The notes beneath the pieces were generated by a model. The model was not told the origin of the DNA, made no database searches, and saw only the letters and a list, made by a program, of their open reading frames with translations. A stretch of 64,000 nt of DNA from an uncultured virus (IMG/VR IMGVR_UViG_3300042517_001086) (lineage: Duplodnaviria; Heunggongvirae; Uroviricota; Caudoviricetes): the IMG/VR virus record IMGVR_UViG_3300042517_001086; one strand, given 5' to 3'. The position numbers were made by a program, and so were the translations under genes. Positions 55,987 through 64,000 of this stretch are shown here, one piece after another. Numbering within the stretch: the first letter of the stretch is position 1; every line of letters begins with the position of its first letter.

Positions 55987-56415
55987 TTACTTAGTTAACT
56001 TTTTCCACTGATCAGGATCTGGTCTGTCTTTATCTCCTCGTTTAGCTGGCTTATAATTCTTGCCTTCTCGTTCTTTTTTCTTGCGGATATTATCCCAAAG
56101 TCCAGGCTTATCCCCAGCAAAAGAGTTATCGTCCTCTGATGGTACATACTTCACAAAATCGTGAATGGTTCGCATGTAATCCTCAGTTATGGCGATTTTA
56201 CCCTGTAGCCAGCTTTCTGTCAAGTTTTCTTTAACTGACGGGTCACCTAGAGAGTCAAGTATGTTTTTAGCATGTTGCATGATTGCTGTGAGTGAGCCGA
56301 TATTCATCTCTAGGAAGTCTTGTTTATATTCATTTAACTCTGTCTTTGGAGACTCAATTTCTTGATTCTCTACTGCTGCCTGAACATTTTTTAGTATATC
56401 GTATATTCTGTCCAT
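55987..56415 (-). CDS. Hypothetical phage protein
   Basis: WLQGKIAITEDY module and KPGLWDNIRKKKER basic module. Confidence 0.7.
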   Translation of the reverse strand: MDRIYDILKNVQAAVENQEIESPKTELNEYKQDFLEMNIGSLTAIMQHAKNILDSLGDPSVKENLTESWLQGKIAITEDYMRTIHDFVKYVPSEDDNSFAGDKPGLWDNIRKKKEREGKNYKPAKRGDKDRPDPDQWKKLTK

Positions 56416-56442
56416 GATTAATACCTTTATTTATTGAGACTA

Positions 56443-57036
56443 TTATGTCTGTAAAGTTAAAAAGTTGTCTATACCCATTTGTTCAATAAGCTTTAAGTAG
56501 CCTTCGTATAGTTTTATGCCATCTTCACTACCTTGTAGTAGAGGAATCATTATATTGGCTGTTAGTTCATCTCCTACCGCCCTAGCTGCAACAATAGTTG
56601 CTTTTTCTGTATCTGCAGCCTCTCTTACAGATGCTAAGTTATAGTTGATAATAGCAACCATGTCATGTCGTGTCCATGATGGAGGAGACACTACTAGTGG
56701 TTGATAATCTTGATCAAAAAATTCTAGTCTTGTTAAGTTGATTATTGAGTGTTGGTGTTCTTCTAGGGCATCTGCTTTAATGATAGCAGCAAGTTTCTTA
56801 TATCCCCATCTTTCAAGATGAACAGCTTGAGCACTTAATGAAGTTGTTTGTTGCCAGTGTATATTCAAAGACTTTTTAAGTAATCCGATAACATTATTTT
56901 CGGTCTCAGATACAACATTTTCTATAGTTTCATTAACCTCATTAGTTTCATTAGTCTGGCTAGCTTGTACTTCGTCCACTTGATTTTCCTTTACTTCAGC
57001 ATTTTCGTTTAATAGTTCATCTATTGTTTTGGTCAT
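56443..57036 (-). CDS. Bacterioferritin-like protein with degenerate ferroxidase centre
   Basis: HLERWGYKKLA, EEHQH, RLEFF, VGDELT and LIEQMGIDNFL align with Bfr. Confidence 0.8.
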   Translation of the reverse strand: MTKTIDELLNENAEVKENQVDEVQASQTNETNEVNETIENVVSETENNVIGLLKKSLNIHWQQTTSLSAQAVHLERWGYKKLAAIIKADALEEHQHSIINLTRLEFFDQDYQPLVVSPPSWTRHDMVAIINYNLASVREAADTEKATIVAARAVGDELTANIMIPLLQGSEDGIKLYEGYLKLIEQMGIDNFLTLQT

Positions 57037-57535
57037 AATTATTAATCCATTTTTTATAGTTAGTATAAAATTGTTCTAAGTGCTGTTCATTGCGTATCAT
57101 TCCTTCTATAATATTACACTGTACGCATAAAATTCCTCTAACCTTACCAGTATTGTGATCATGATCTATAACGGCAGCATTTCCTTTATTCTTAGCATGG
57201 TGAAAAACTGCAATACCACAGATACCGCAGTTCTTTATTGCTCTTAAATGTTTTAGCTCTTCTATAGTAATATTGTATTTTGTTATAAATTTGTAACAGG
57301 TTGTGCAGATTGTCGAACTGAAATATATGTGCCTGGTTTTATTGCATGATTGACATTGACCTATGTTTCCTTTACTCATTCTACATAGTCTACAGAAATT
57401 GTGTTTTTTGGATTTGAAAATAGTTCCACACTCGCAAGCCTTTAGCTTAAGTTTGCAATAATCACAAAATTTTCTAGAATTTTGAGGGACCTCATTTAAT
57501 TTACATTTTCTACATTTTCTCATGATTATTACCAA
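57017..57535 (-). mobile_element. Endonuclease VII-domain (homing-type) endonuclease
   Basis: Multiple CxxC, CGIC and IDHDHNTGKVRGILCVQCN. Confidence 0.8.
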
Positions 57536-58065
57536 CTCTTACATGCCCAATATCGACTTTTCCACTTTGGCCCAGGATTATCACAATTCATTCTAGCTCT
57601 AAAACTTTTCCTTCGTGAAGGAATATTTTTTTTAATTTTCATGTTAGGATCACCAAATCTAACAATAACTACTTTACCCTTGTCATTTTTAACATAAACG
57701 GCAGATTTTTTAGGACCGTCAGGAGTTCTAAAAGGTTTATTAAGAGTAACCTTGCGTCCTTGATATTCTGAAGATACGGCACATAGATCAAATTCTTCTG
57801 TTACTTCATCAGTATCAACATAGTCATTTTCATTGGGTAAAATCAAATTAGCTTTAGTTAGCTCTTCACCGTCACTATCGTATTCATTATCTATGTAGGA
57901 AATAGCCTCGCACACTTGCTCCAACAATGAAGCTTTGACCTGACCAAGACACGCTGCTATTCTTTGTTGAGAATCTGGATAGTCTTTTTTCATAGCCTCA
58001 TCACCCATGCATCTTGCAACAAAATTTTTAGATTTTTCATCAGGATTTGGTTTTGGAATTGGCAT
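57529..58065 (-). CDS. Two-module conserved phage protein
   Basis: MPIPKP...FVARCM...QQRIAAC and EYQGRKVTLNKPFR...FGDPNM...RKSFRAR.NC...RYWAC. Confidence 0.75.
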   Translation of the reverse strand: MPIPKPNPDEKSKNFVARCMGDEAMKKDYPDSQQRIAACLGQVKASLLEQVCEAISYIDNEYDSDGEELTKANLILPNENDYVDTDEVTEEFDLCAVSSEYQGRKVTLNKPFRTPDGPKKSAVYVKNDKGKVVIVRFGDPNMKIKKNIPSRRKSFRARMNCDNPGPKWKSRYWACKSW

Positions 58066-58074
58066 AATATTAAC

Positions 58075-59136
58075 CTATTTATTCATGTAACTGAGTATCT
58101 TTTGTGCTGTATTTGTCCACGATAACTGATTAGCAGTATTTACACCAGCAGGATTAGTATTAATGTGATTATTGACCACATATCGCATATAATCGATCAA
58201 TATGTCTTTTTCAGATTGATCTATTTTTGCCCAATTACCCTGACCCATAAAAGCCTTGCCGTCATGGGCTTTTTCAGTAGTCGATATATCGACTAAATAT
58301 GAGTTGTCTTTATTACAAAACTCTGTATGTGCTGAATAATTAGTAGTTATAACAGGTTTATTCATAGCCATACACTCTAATAACTCCATATTCCAACCCT
58401 CTGCTCTTGAGGGGAAAATACCACAATTAGCTTTTGATATTAGTTCTGCAATCTCAGAATGTTGAGCAAACCCCGAAAATAATTTAACTCTACTATCGTT
58501 TTGGTACATATTCTTCCACTGCTCAATTTCAGCAGGAGAGGAGTATCCATTGGTTGTTTCTGAAGCTAAAATCCAAAGTTCAACATCTGGATTATTTGGA
58601 AAAGCTTTGGTAAATAATTCTAATAAAATATCATGACCTTTTCTTACTTCCCACTTGCCTATGTTAATAAATACATACTTATTATCAGATGGTTGTGAAT
58701 ATCTAGACTTATCAAATATCGACAAGTCAACGCCAAGCGGAGCAACATGAACTGGAGTTGAAACGTGCTTAGACACTACATCGGCTGCCCACTGACTAGT
58801 TGTAAAAATACCATCTGGAGTTTTTAGGCTATTGATTTCTATATCACTAAAAGTATCTAGTTCAAAAAAGGGAAAAGCAAAATATGGACCTCTTCCTACA
58901 TGCTCTAATAAGTCAAACTGATGCCATATTTTAAGATGAGGAGCATTTATATCGCATAAATATCTTTGTTTAAGAATATTTGATACAAAGGCGTGATCCT
59001 CTTGTGTTTCTACTGATGGCTGACCTATTGGGAAATATGATATAACATTATTGAGAGCGCTAAGACCCTTAATAATATTGTAGGAAGCTATGCCATATCC
59101 TGTACTGTTGATTGGTGCCGACACATTGATGTTCAT
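58075..59136 (-). CDS. Glycosyltransferase family 4
   Basis: TGYG, FFELD, PLGVD, GKWEVRKG and PSRAEGWNMELLECMAM. Confidence 0.9.
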   Translation of the reverse strand: MNINVSAPINSTGYGIASYNIIKGLSALNNVISYFPIGQPSVETQEDHAFVSNILKQRYLCDINAPHLKIWHQFDLLEHVGRGPYFAFPFFELDTFSDIEINSLKTPDGIFTTSQWAADVVSKHVSTPVHVAPLGVDLSIFDKSRYSQPSDNKYVFINIGKWEVRKGHDILLELFTKAFPNNPDVELWILASETTNGYSSPAEIEQWKNMYQNDSRVKLFSGFAQHSEIAELISKANCGIFPSRAEGWNMELLECMAMNKPVITTNYSAHTEFCNKDNSYLVDISTTEKAHDGKAFMGQGNWAKIDQSEKDILIDYMRYVVNNHINTNPAGVNTANQLSWTNTAQKILSYMNK

Positions 59137-60254
59137 TTTTCAAATATCCTATTATGAGTATTGTTAACTTGTATAAATGTTGTTTTTTTACCAAAGTCTT
59201 TAATTTTAGAAGCTCCAACATAAGTGCATGAACTTCTAAGACCTCCCATTATATCCAACATAATATCCTCAGTAGTTCCCTTATATGGAATAATAACGGA
59301 TTTTCCTTCACTGGTTCTATAGTTAGCAACTCCGTTATGATATTTATCCATTGCGTCCTTGGAACTCATACCATAGAACTTAAGACGTATCTTTCTTTTT
59401 TCTGTTTCATATCCAGGATTAAATGGTTGCCAAAATTCTCCTGCAAGACCTGCTTTGACGCACTTATATTCGTATTCCCATTCCCCTTCACAGCAGTCTG
59501 TACCAGCAAGCATACTGCCAAGCATAACGAAATCTGTATTTGCACCAAAAGCTTTACAAATATCAGCAACTATTTTACAACCCCCATCGCTGCAAATGTG
59601 TCCACCAATACCATGAGCAGCGTCGGCACACTCCATTACGGCAGACAGCTGGGGGTATCCCACGCCAGTTTTTAATCTTGTAGTACAAACAGATCCTGAA
59701 CCTATACCGACCTTCACTATGTCCACCAGTCCGTGCATCAGCAGTTCTTCTGTCATTTCCGGAGTAACAACATTCCCAGCCATAATAACAATATCAGGAT
59801 ACATATCCCTAATATGTTTGACAGCCTTAACGAACTTATCGCTATATCCGTTGGCAACATCAACGCATACATTTGGTAAATATAAGCCCTTAAGTTTTAG
59901 TCTGTCAAAAGTGTCTATGAGTTTCTCTATATCTGGCTTATTAATTCCTGTAGAATAGAAGGAAAGTTCTGGTTTTTGAGATTTTGTAAAATAGTCAACA
60001 ATCTCATCAATAGAGTAGTGTTTATGCAAACATGTTATAGCATTGAATTGAGCCAGCACTCCTGCCATACTCATTGTGCCGGTTGTGTCCATATTGGCGG
60101 CAACAATAGGAGTACAAGATAAAAATCTTGTAGAATATAGAAATTTAAAATCTCGTTGTAGAGAAACCTCTGATCTACTACCAAGTCTTGATCTCTTGGG
60201 TTTAATCAGTACATCGTCAAAATCTAGTTTTAGTTCATTGATAATTTTTTGCAT
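59133..60254 (-). CDS. guaC: GMP reductase
   Basis: LDFDDVLI.PKRS, AANMDT, DVANGY, KVGIGSGSVCTTR, SDGGC, FYGMSS, SEGK and GGLRS.CTY. Confidence 0.92.
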   Translation of the reverse strand: MQKIINELKLDFDDVLIKPKRSRLGSRSEVSLQRDFKFLYSTRFLSCTPIVAANMDTTGTMSMAGVLAQFNAITCLHKHYSIDEIVDYFTKSQKPELSFYSTGINKPDIEKLIDTFDRLKLKGLYLPNVCVDVANGYSDKFVKAVKHIRDMYPDIVIMAGNVVTPEMTEELLMHGLVDIVKVGIGSGSVCTTRLKTGVGYPQLSAVMECADAAHGIGGHICSDGGCKIVADICKAFGANTDFVMLGSMLAGTDCCEGEWEYEYKCVKAGLAGEFWQPFNPGYETEKRKIRLKFYGMSSKDAMDKYHNGVANYRTSEGKSVIIPYKGTTEDIMLDIMGGLRSSCTYVGASKIKDFGKKTTFIQVNNTHNRIFEK

Positions 60255-60255
60255 T

Positions 60256-60459
60256 TTATGTTTTCTTCAAGTATTCATCAGTATCATAACACTTCCATGT
60301 TTTGTGGCTTTCAAAACCACGCTCGCTAACACAAATTTTTGGTCCGGTTAAGAGACCCTTCCCTTTAAAATGATATAATGCTGCCAATATTGCGGATATT
60401 GGATCATTACAATCAATGATATATTTTATTTGACCAGACTTTACATAATATTTAGGCAT
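60256..60459 (-). CDS. Hypothetical protein
   Basis: 67-aa ORF within the operon. Confidence 0.6.
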   Translation of the reverse strand: MPKYYVKSGQIKYIIDCNDPISAILAALYHFKGKGLLTGPKICVSERGFESHKTWKCYDTDEYLKKT

Positions 60460-60460
60460 G

Positions 60461-60991
60461 TTATACCGAGAAAAAATACCATCTTTTATAGGTATCTATG
60501 TTTTCCGATGTGTTTATATGAGAAAGATAATCTTTGATATCATCCCAAGAAGAAAAAATAGTTTGATGTGGTATTGTGCCGAATAACCAATCCGGGGCGT
60601 TTATCTTACCTTGCTCCATATGAATTATTATTGGCTTTTTCTGACGATTAGCCCAAAATATTTCTTCATATGTTCCGCATGGATGAATATCAAGATTCAG
60701 ATTCACGACCAAAAAGTCACTAATATCTACAAGTCTTAAATCTACCCTGCGAATAACTTTCATCATTTCTGCAAGTTCATCGTATCTCTCTGCTTTTTTC
60801 AGTTTGGTCTTAATAGTATGAGAGTCACTGTCTTCCATACCTGTGTTTGTTGGCTTAGTAATAGGATTAAAGACTATGGAACCCATTTCTTCAAGAAATG
60901 GAGTAATATTATCTCTCCAAGTAGCTCCGCGATCAGCAACTCTATCCATAGCCCCGGCCAAATAAACTCGTTGATTCTTCAATCTATTCAT
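60461..60991 (-). CDS. Nucleoside 2-deoxyribosyltransferase-like protein
   Basis: VYLAG, WR, VFNP, DL..V..SD and GTYEE. Confidence 0.8.
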   Translation of the reverse strand: MNRLKNQRVYLAGAMDRVADRGATWRDNITPFLEEMGSIVFNPITKPTNTGMEDSDSHTIKTKLKKAERYDELAEMMKVIRRVDLRLVDISDFLVVNLNLDIHPCGTYEEIFWANRQKKPIIIHMEQGKINAPDWLFGTIPHQTIFSSWDDIKDYLSHINTSENIDTYKRWYFFSV

Positions 60992-60997
60992 ATTTAA

Positions 60998-61144
60998 TTA
61001 GTAGCGATCAGTAAATAAAAAGGTAAATAAGTTTCTTGACGAATATAATCTATGACAGCTAGATCTGTCATGTATTTTATATTGGGCGTCTATCATGCCA
61101 AAAACTATTGCCAAAACCAAAAAGAATAATATAACTTCAATCAT
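60998..61144 (-). CDS. 48-aa membrane peptide (missed by ORF track)
   Basis: MIEVILFFLVLAIVFGMIDAQYK...DRY*; ATGA-coupled start. Confidence 0.55.
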   Translation of the reverse strand: MIEVILFFLVLAIVFGMIDAQYKIHDRSSCHRLYSSRNLFTFLFTDRY

Positions 61145-61932
61145 GTTAGGTATCCAATATAATTGTGTCTCATGCGATTAACTTCATCAATCATCTGTTG
61201 TAGATGTTTTGGGTCAGTAGACCGACCAGATGGGTTATGATAGTACAAACCGACTGGGTGGTTGACCATCTTTATTCTAGCACCTCCCGCAGCACAACGC
61301 AACCACATATCTCCATCAGAAGCCGTCTTATAGTTTTCATCAAATAGCCCAAATCTATCATGTAAATTCTTCTTCCATAACGGCATACAATGAGGACTGT
61401 TATTATTTAGTAGATTACGGAAAGAGTGGGGTAGGCATGGGTAGACTTGATCATATGTATTATCTTCATATTTTTCATTTGCTTCTGTAGAAACATAAGT
61501 AATTCCATATGCTATGTCTAGTAAAGGATCTCTGTCAAATGCTTTAAGCAAAATGTCTATACTGTCAGTACTTTTACGATCATCAATATTCCAGTTGCCT
61601 ATTATAGATGATGAACATAAACGAATAGCAATGTTCCACGCAGCATATAATCCTGGATCTTTTTCTAGTTGATGATACTTTACATTATTAAACCTTTTTG
61701 CAATTGGTAGGATATAGTCTTTTTCATTTTCTGTAGAACTACAGTCAAGAAAAATAAATTCTGTATTATTAAATACTGATTGTTTTAGCATATCATTGAG
61801 ATATCCTTCAATGAATTTTTCACCTTTATAAAACGAACAAAATATTGAACATTTAAACATATGCAGATTTTTATTAGTTATATTTGAGAAAATGTATGAT
61901 TTTATCGCAAATAAAGCTGATTTGACTTTCAC
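61141..61932 (-). CDS. Glycosyltransferase family 2 (probable start MFKCSIF at 61860)
   Basis: DCSSTE, GLYAAWN, NIDDR, FDENY..ASDGDMWLR. Confidence 0.88.
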   Translation of the reverse strand: MKVKSALFAIKSYIFSNITNKNLHMFKCSIFCSFYKGEKFIEGYLNDMLKQSVFNNTEFIFLDCSSTENEKDYILPIAKRFNNVKYHQLEKDPGLYAAWNIAIRLCSSSIIGNWNIDDRKSTDSIDILLKAFDRDPLLDIAYGITYVSTEANEKYEDNTYDQVYPCLPHSFRNLLNNNSPHCMPLWKKNLHDRFGLFDENYKTASDGDMWLRCAAGGARIKMVNHPVGLYYHNPSGRSTDPKHLQQMIDEVNRMRHNYIGYLT

Positions 61933-62977
61933 TAAGAGTGGGATATGAAGGAACCATTAGACATTGGTTTTGTAATATTTTTGAGTTTTCATTAGATACG
62001 CATTTAATAGGCTTCAGATATTTATGCTGATGTATATCATAAAACATTGGCCTTGTATCTATTCCTGCTTCGTACAAATATAATTCGAGTGATTTTTTCT
62101 TTTCTAAATCAAAATCTAGAAATCTCATACCAAGCATCCAATTAGAATGAGAGGTATCGGGATCTATATGCTGAAAAGATATATTAGGCAATTTTAAAAT
62201 AGATCTATATTGATTAAAAATATTCTTTTTTTGATTTATAATCCAGTCTAAATCATTTAGCTGACCATATAAAATAGCAGCTTGTATATTTGTCATTCTG
62301 TAATTATAGCCAAGATAATCATGAATGAATTTTTTATGGGATTGCCCTTGATTTTTTACTGTATTGATATAAGAGAACAGCTCATCATCAGAAGTTATAA
62401 AAGCACCACCTTCTCCGCATGTTATTGTTTTATTACCAAAAAAAGATATTGATGAAGCAAAACATTCTGATCCAGATGGTTTATCTCCATAGGATCCCAA
62501 GAAGCCTTCACAATTGTCTTCTACAAAAATAGTATTTGGAAATTTTTGTTTTAGTTTTGGAACATTGATAATATTTCCGATATTATGTACTATCAATACT
62601 GCGGTTTCTTCATCTAAAAGTTCTTCCAGATAAGAGTCTTCAAAATTCCAAGTATATAAATTGGCGTCTACTGGTATTAGTTCATACTTTTGAGTATATA
62701 AAAAAGCATTCCACGCAGCTACATATACATTATTTGGAACAATAATTTTTTTGATAGATGGATATTTATATTGTAGTGCCAAAGCTAATAGATGAGTAGC
62801 TGTCGTCCCATTATTCGTTAGTACGATTTTATGATTGTTGTATTTAGCTTTTGATTTTAATAAATTTTTTGTTAAATCCAGATACTCTCCTTGAGATGAT
62901 ATCCAGCCACTATCCAGTGCTTTATGGGCATGTTTTAGATTATTTTTAGTTAGATACGGTTGGTATATAGGTATCAT
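61874..62977 (-). CDS. DegT/DnrJ/EryC1/StrS aminotransferase (perosamine synthetase-like)
   Basis: GWISSQG, NGTTA, EDNCE, SFFGNKTITCGEGG, GYNYRMTNIQAA and TRPMF. Confidence 0.92.
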   Translation of the reverse strand: MIPIYQPYLTKNNLKHAHKALDSGWISSQGEYLDLTKNLLKSKAKYNNHKIVLTNNGTTATHLLALALQYKYPSIKKIIVPNNVYVAAWNAFLYTQKYELIPVDANLYTWNFEDSYLEELLDEETAVLIVHNIGNIINVPKLKQKFPNTIFVEDNCEGFLGSYGDKPSGSECFASSISFFGNKTITCGEGGAFITSDDELFSYINTVKNQGQSHKKFIHDYLGYNYRMTNIQAAILYGQLNDLDWIINQKKNIFNQYRSILKLPNISFQHIDPDTSHSNWMLGMRFLDFDLEKKKSLELYLYEAGIDTRPMFYDIHQHKYLKPIKCVSNENSKILQNQCLMVPSYPTLSESQISFICDKIIHFLKYN

Positions 62978-62982
62978 AGAAT

Positions 62983-63291
62983 CTAGTATGTCTTATGACT
63001 TCTCTGTAAAAATTTACCATTATCTAACTCTTCTCCACTTATCTTAGCATTAATAATTTCAATAATTTTTTCATCTACTTCATTAATTAGTTGGTTTCTT
63101 TGAACATTTAAATCACAAGCTTTTTTAAGATACTGCCATAGTTCAATGGCTCCATTTTCAGTATCAAAATACTTTTGTTTATATTCTTCAAATGTCATTC
63201 GTCTAATTTCATACAGCAATTCTTGATTATTCCACATTTTAAGATCTACTGTTGTTAGTTTATCTACTAGTGAGCCTAATGTATCGGCCAT
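62983..63291 (-). CDS. DUF4254-like helical protein
   Basis: TLGSLVDKL...LKMW and LNVQRNQLINEVD. Confidence 0.6.
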   Translation of the reverse strand: MADTLGSLVDKLTTVDLKMWNNQELLYEIRRMTFEEYKQKYFDTENGAIELWQYLKKACDLNVQRNQLINEVDEKIIEIINAKISGEELDNGKFLQRSHKTY

Positions 63292-63293
63292 AT

Positions 63294-63845
63294 TTATTCT
63301 TTCTTTGTTAAAACTACTTGGTAATTTAGTGGTTTTCTGTCATCATTATCATTGTCTAAAATTTTATCTATTTTTACATTAAACAAATCATTAAACAGTT
63401 CACGATATCCGTATTCAGATATTCTCCAATAGTCAGGAAAGGGATTATGAAGATAGAAGTGGAATGGGGAGGACAAAAAAATCTGTCCATTGTTATTCAA
63501 AATATTGTTTAGTACTTCTGGTAATAGCCATATTTTTCCGATATGCTCTATAACTTCACAAGCAATAATAATATCAAATTTTCCAACTATTTCTGGAGTA
63601 AGGTCTAATACATCGTGTATATAATCTGCTTTACTGTCTAAAAATTTATCACATGTTTTATATTCTATGTTTAATTTTGGAAGTAATTGATTTTGCAAAT
63701 TGATATAATAGTTTTTAACCGGAGTATATCTTATATCCATTGGACCAATTTCAAGAATTCTCATACCATCTTTGCATGAAGGTAGGATAGAATTTTGATA
63801 GAAGTTAAATACAGAAGATCTTAATTTTAATACTTCTGGTCTCAT
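63294..63845 (-). CDS. Class I SAM methyltransferase
   Basis: ILEIG, FDIIIACEVIEH and PF.F..H.P.PDYWR. Confidence 0.85.
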   Translation of the reverse strand: MRPEVLKLRSSVFNFYQNSILPSCKDGMRILEIGPMDIRYTPVKNYYINLQNQLLPKLNIEYKTCDKFLDSKADYIHDVLDLTPEIVGKFDIIIACEVIEHIGKIWLLPEVLNNILNNNGQIFLSSPFHFYLHNPFPDYWRISEYGYRELFNDLFNVKIDKILDNDNDDRKPLNYQVVLTKKE

Positions 63846-64000
63846 TTAATTTCTTTCATGATATTATCCCATGTACCATAACTCAAAGCCTTATCGTCGA
63901 TCCAATAATCATATATGGGCTTACCGCAAATTAATAAATCATATTTGATATCATGGGACTTTAACCAATGTTCAGTCATCTTATATTCAGCCCAACCTCT
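63842..64000 (-). CDS. Partial HAD phosphatase (capsule biosynthesis phosphatase-like), C-terminus only
   Basis: Own translation RGWAEYKMTEHWLKSHDIKYDLLICGKPIYDYWIDDKAL...*; contains GKP and IDDKA. Confidence 0.8.
   Translation of the reverse strand, partial: RGWAEYKMTEHWLKSHDIKYDLLICGKPIYDYWIDDKALSYGTWDNIMKEIK

Noticed and set aside
8870..59569. Nested same-strand alternative-frame ORFs (8870, 25555, 46990, 50515, 59366)
   Set aside because: They lie within or overlap conserved genes and show no RBS or motif support.
5407..60351. Many plus-strand ORFs in the track (e.g. 5407, 15213, 31352, 45830, 59337)
   Set aside because: They are antisense shadows of well-supported minus-strand genes with no recognisable motifs; only 46774..46986 lies in free space.
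1..64000. CRISPR array, tRNA/rRNA genes, long tandem repeats
   Set aside because: Intergenic gaps are short, and none shows repeat-spacer periodicity or a cloverleaf by eye; tRNAscan and CRISPR finders were not run.
1..64000. Stop-codon reassignment
   Set aside because: The standard code gives full-length conserved proteins at high density, and TAA, TGA and TAG all end genes.

Overview
This window is a gene-dense, AT-rich segment with essentially every gene on the minus strand and frequent ATGA/TAATG overlaps. The content fits a large dsDNA bacteriophage: no ribosomal or tRNA genes, a phage-type replisome, homing endonucleases, holin-like and tail-fibre-like genes, and its own sigma factor. 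A few protein motifs weakly suggest a Planctomycetota host. Left to right: (1) 1-5.3 kb, a GT4 glycosyltransferase and several degenerate glyco-enzyme homologues. (2) 5.4-16.9 kb, a replication/recombination block: ssb, DNA polymerase III alpha split into two intein-less genes with a DEDDh exonuclease and a 59-aa Cys-rich ORF between them, a Cas4/AddB-like nuclease, dNMP kinase, primase, DnaB and RecA. (3) 19-23.7 kb, HNH, PhoH, dUTPase, class II RNR and dCMP deaminase. (4) 23.8-45.5 kb, a ~22 kb glycan island with many GT families, methyltransferases, a NeuB/NeuA/Maf-like nonulosonate set and several deletion-collapsed gene remnants. (5) 45.5-52.7 kb, membrane and holin-like genes, a papain-family peptidase and virion-like proteins. 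(6) 52.8-61 kb, an apparently dead DeoC, ClpP, sigma factor, degenerate bacterioferritin, GuaC and NDT. (7) 61-64 kb, the start of a second sugar-modification cluster. Best candidates for new biology are the split DnaE, a recurrent GGTGTAT intergenic motif that may be the phage sigma factor's promoter, and the decaying glycan island. All family calls come from by-eye motif recognition, not database searches.
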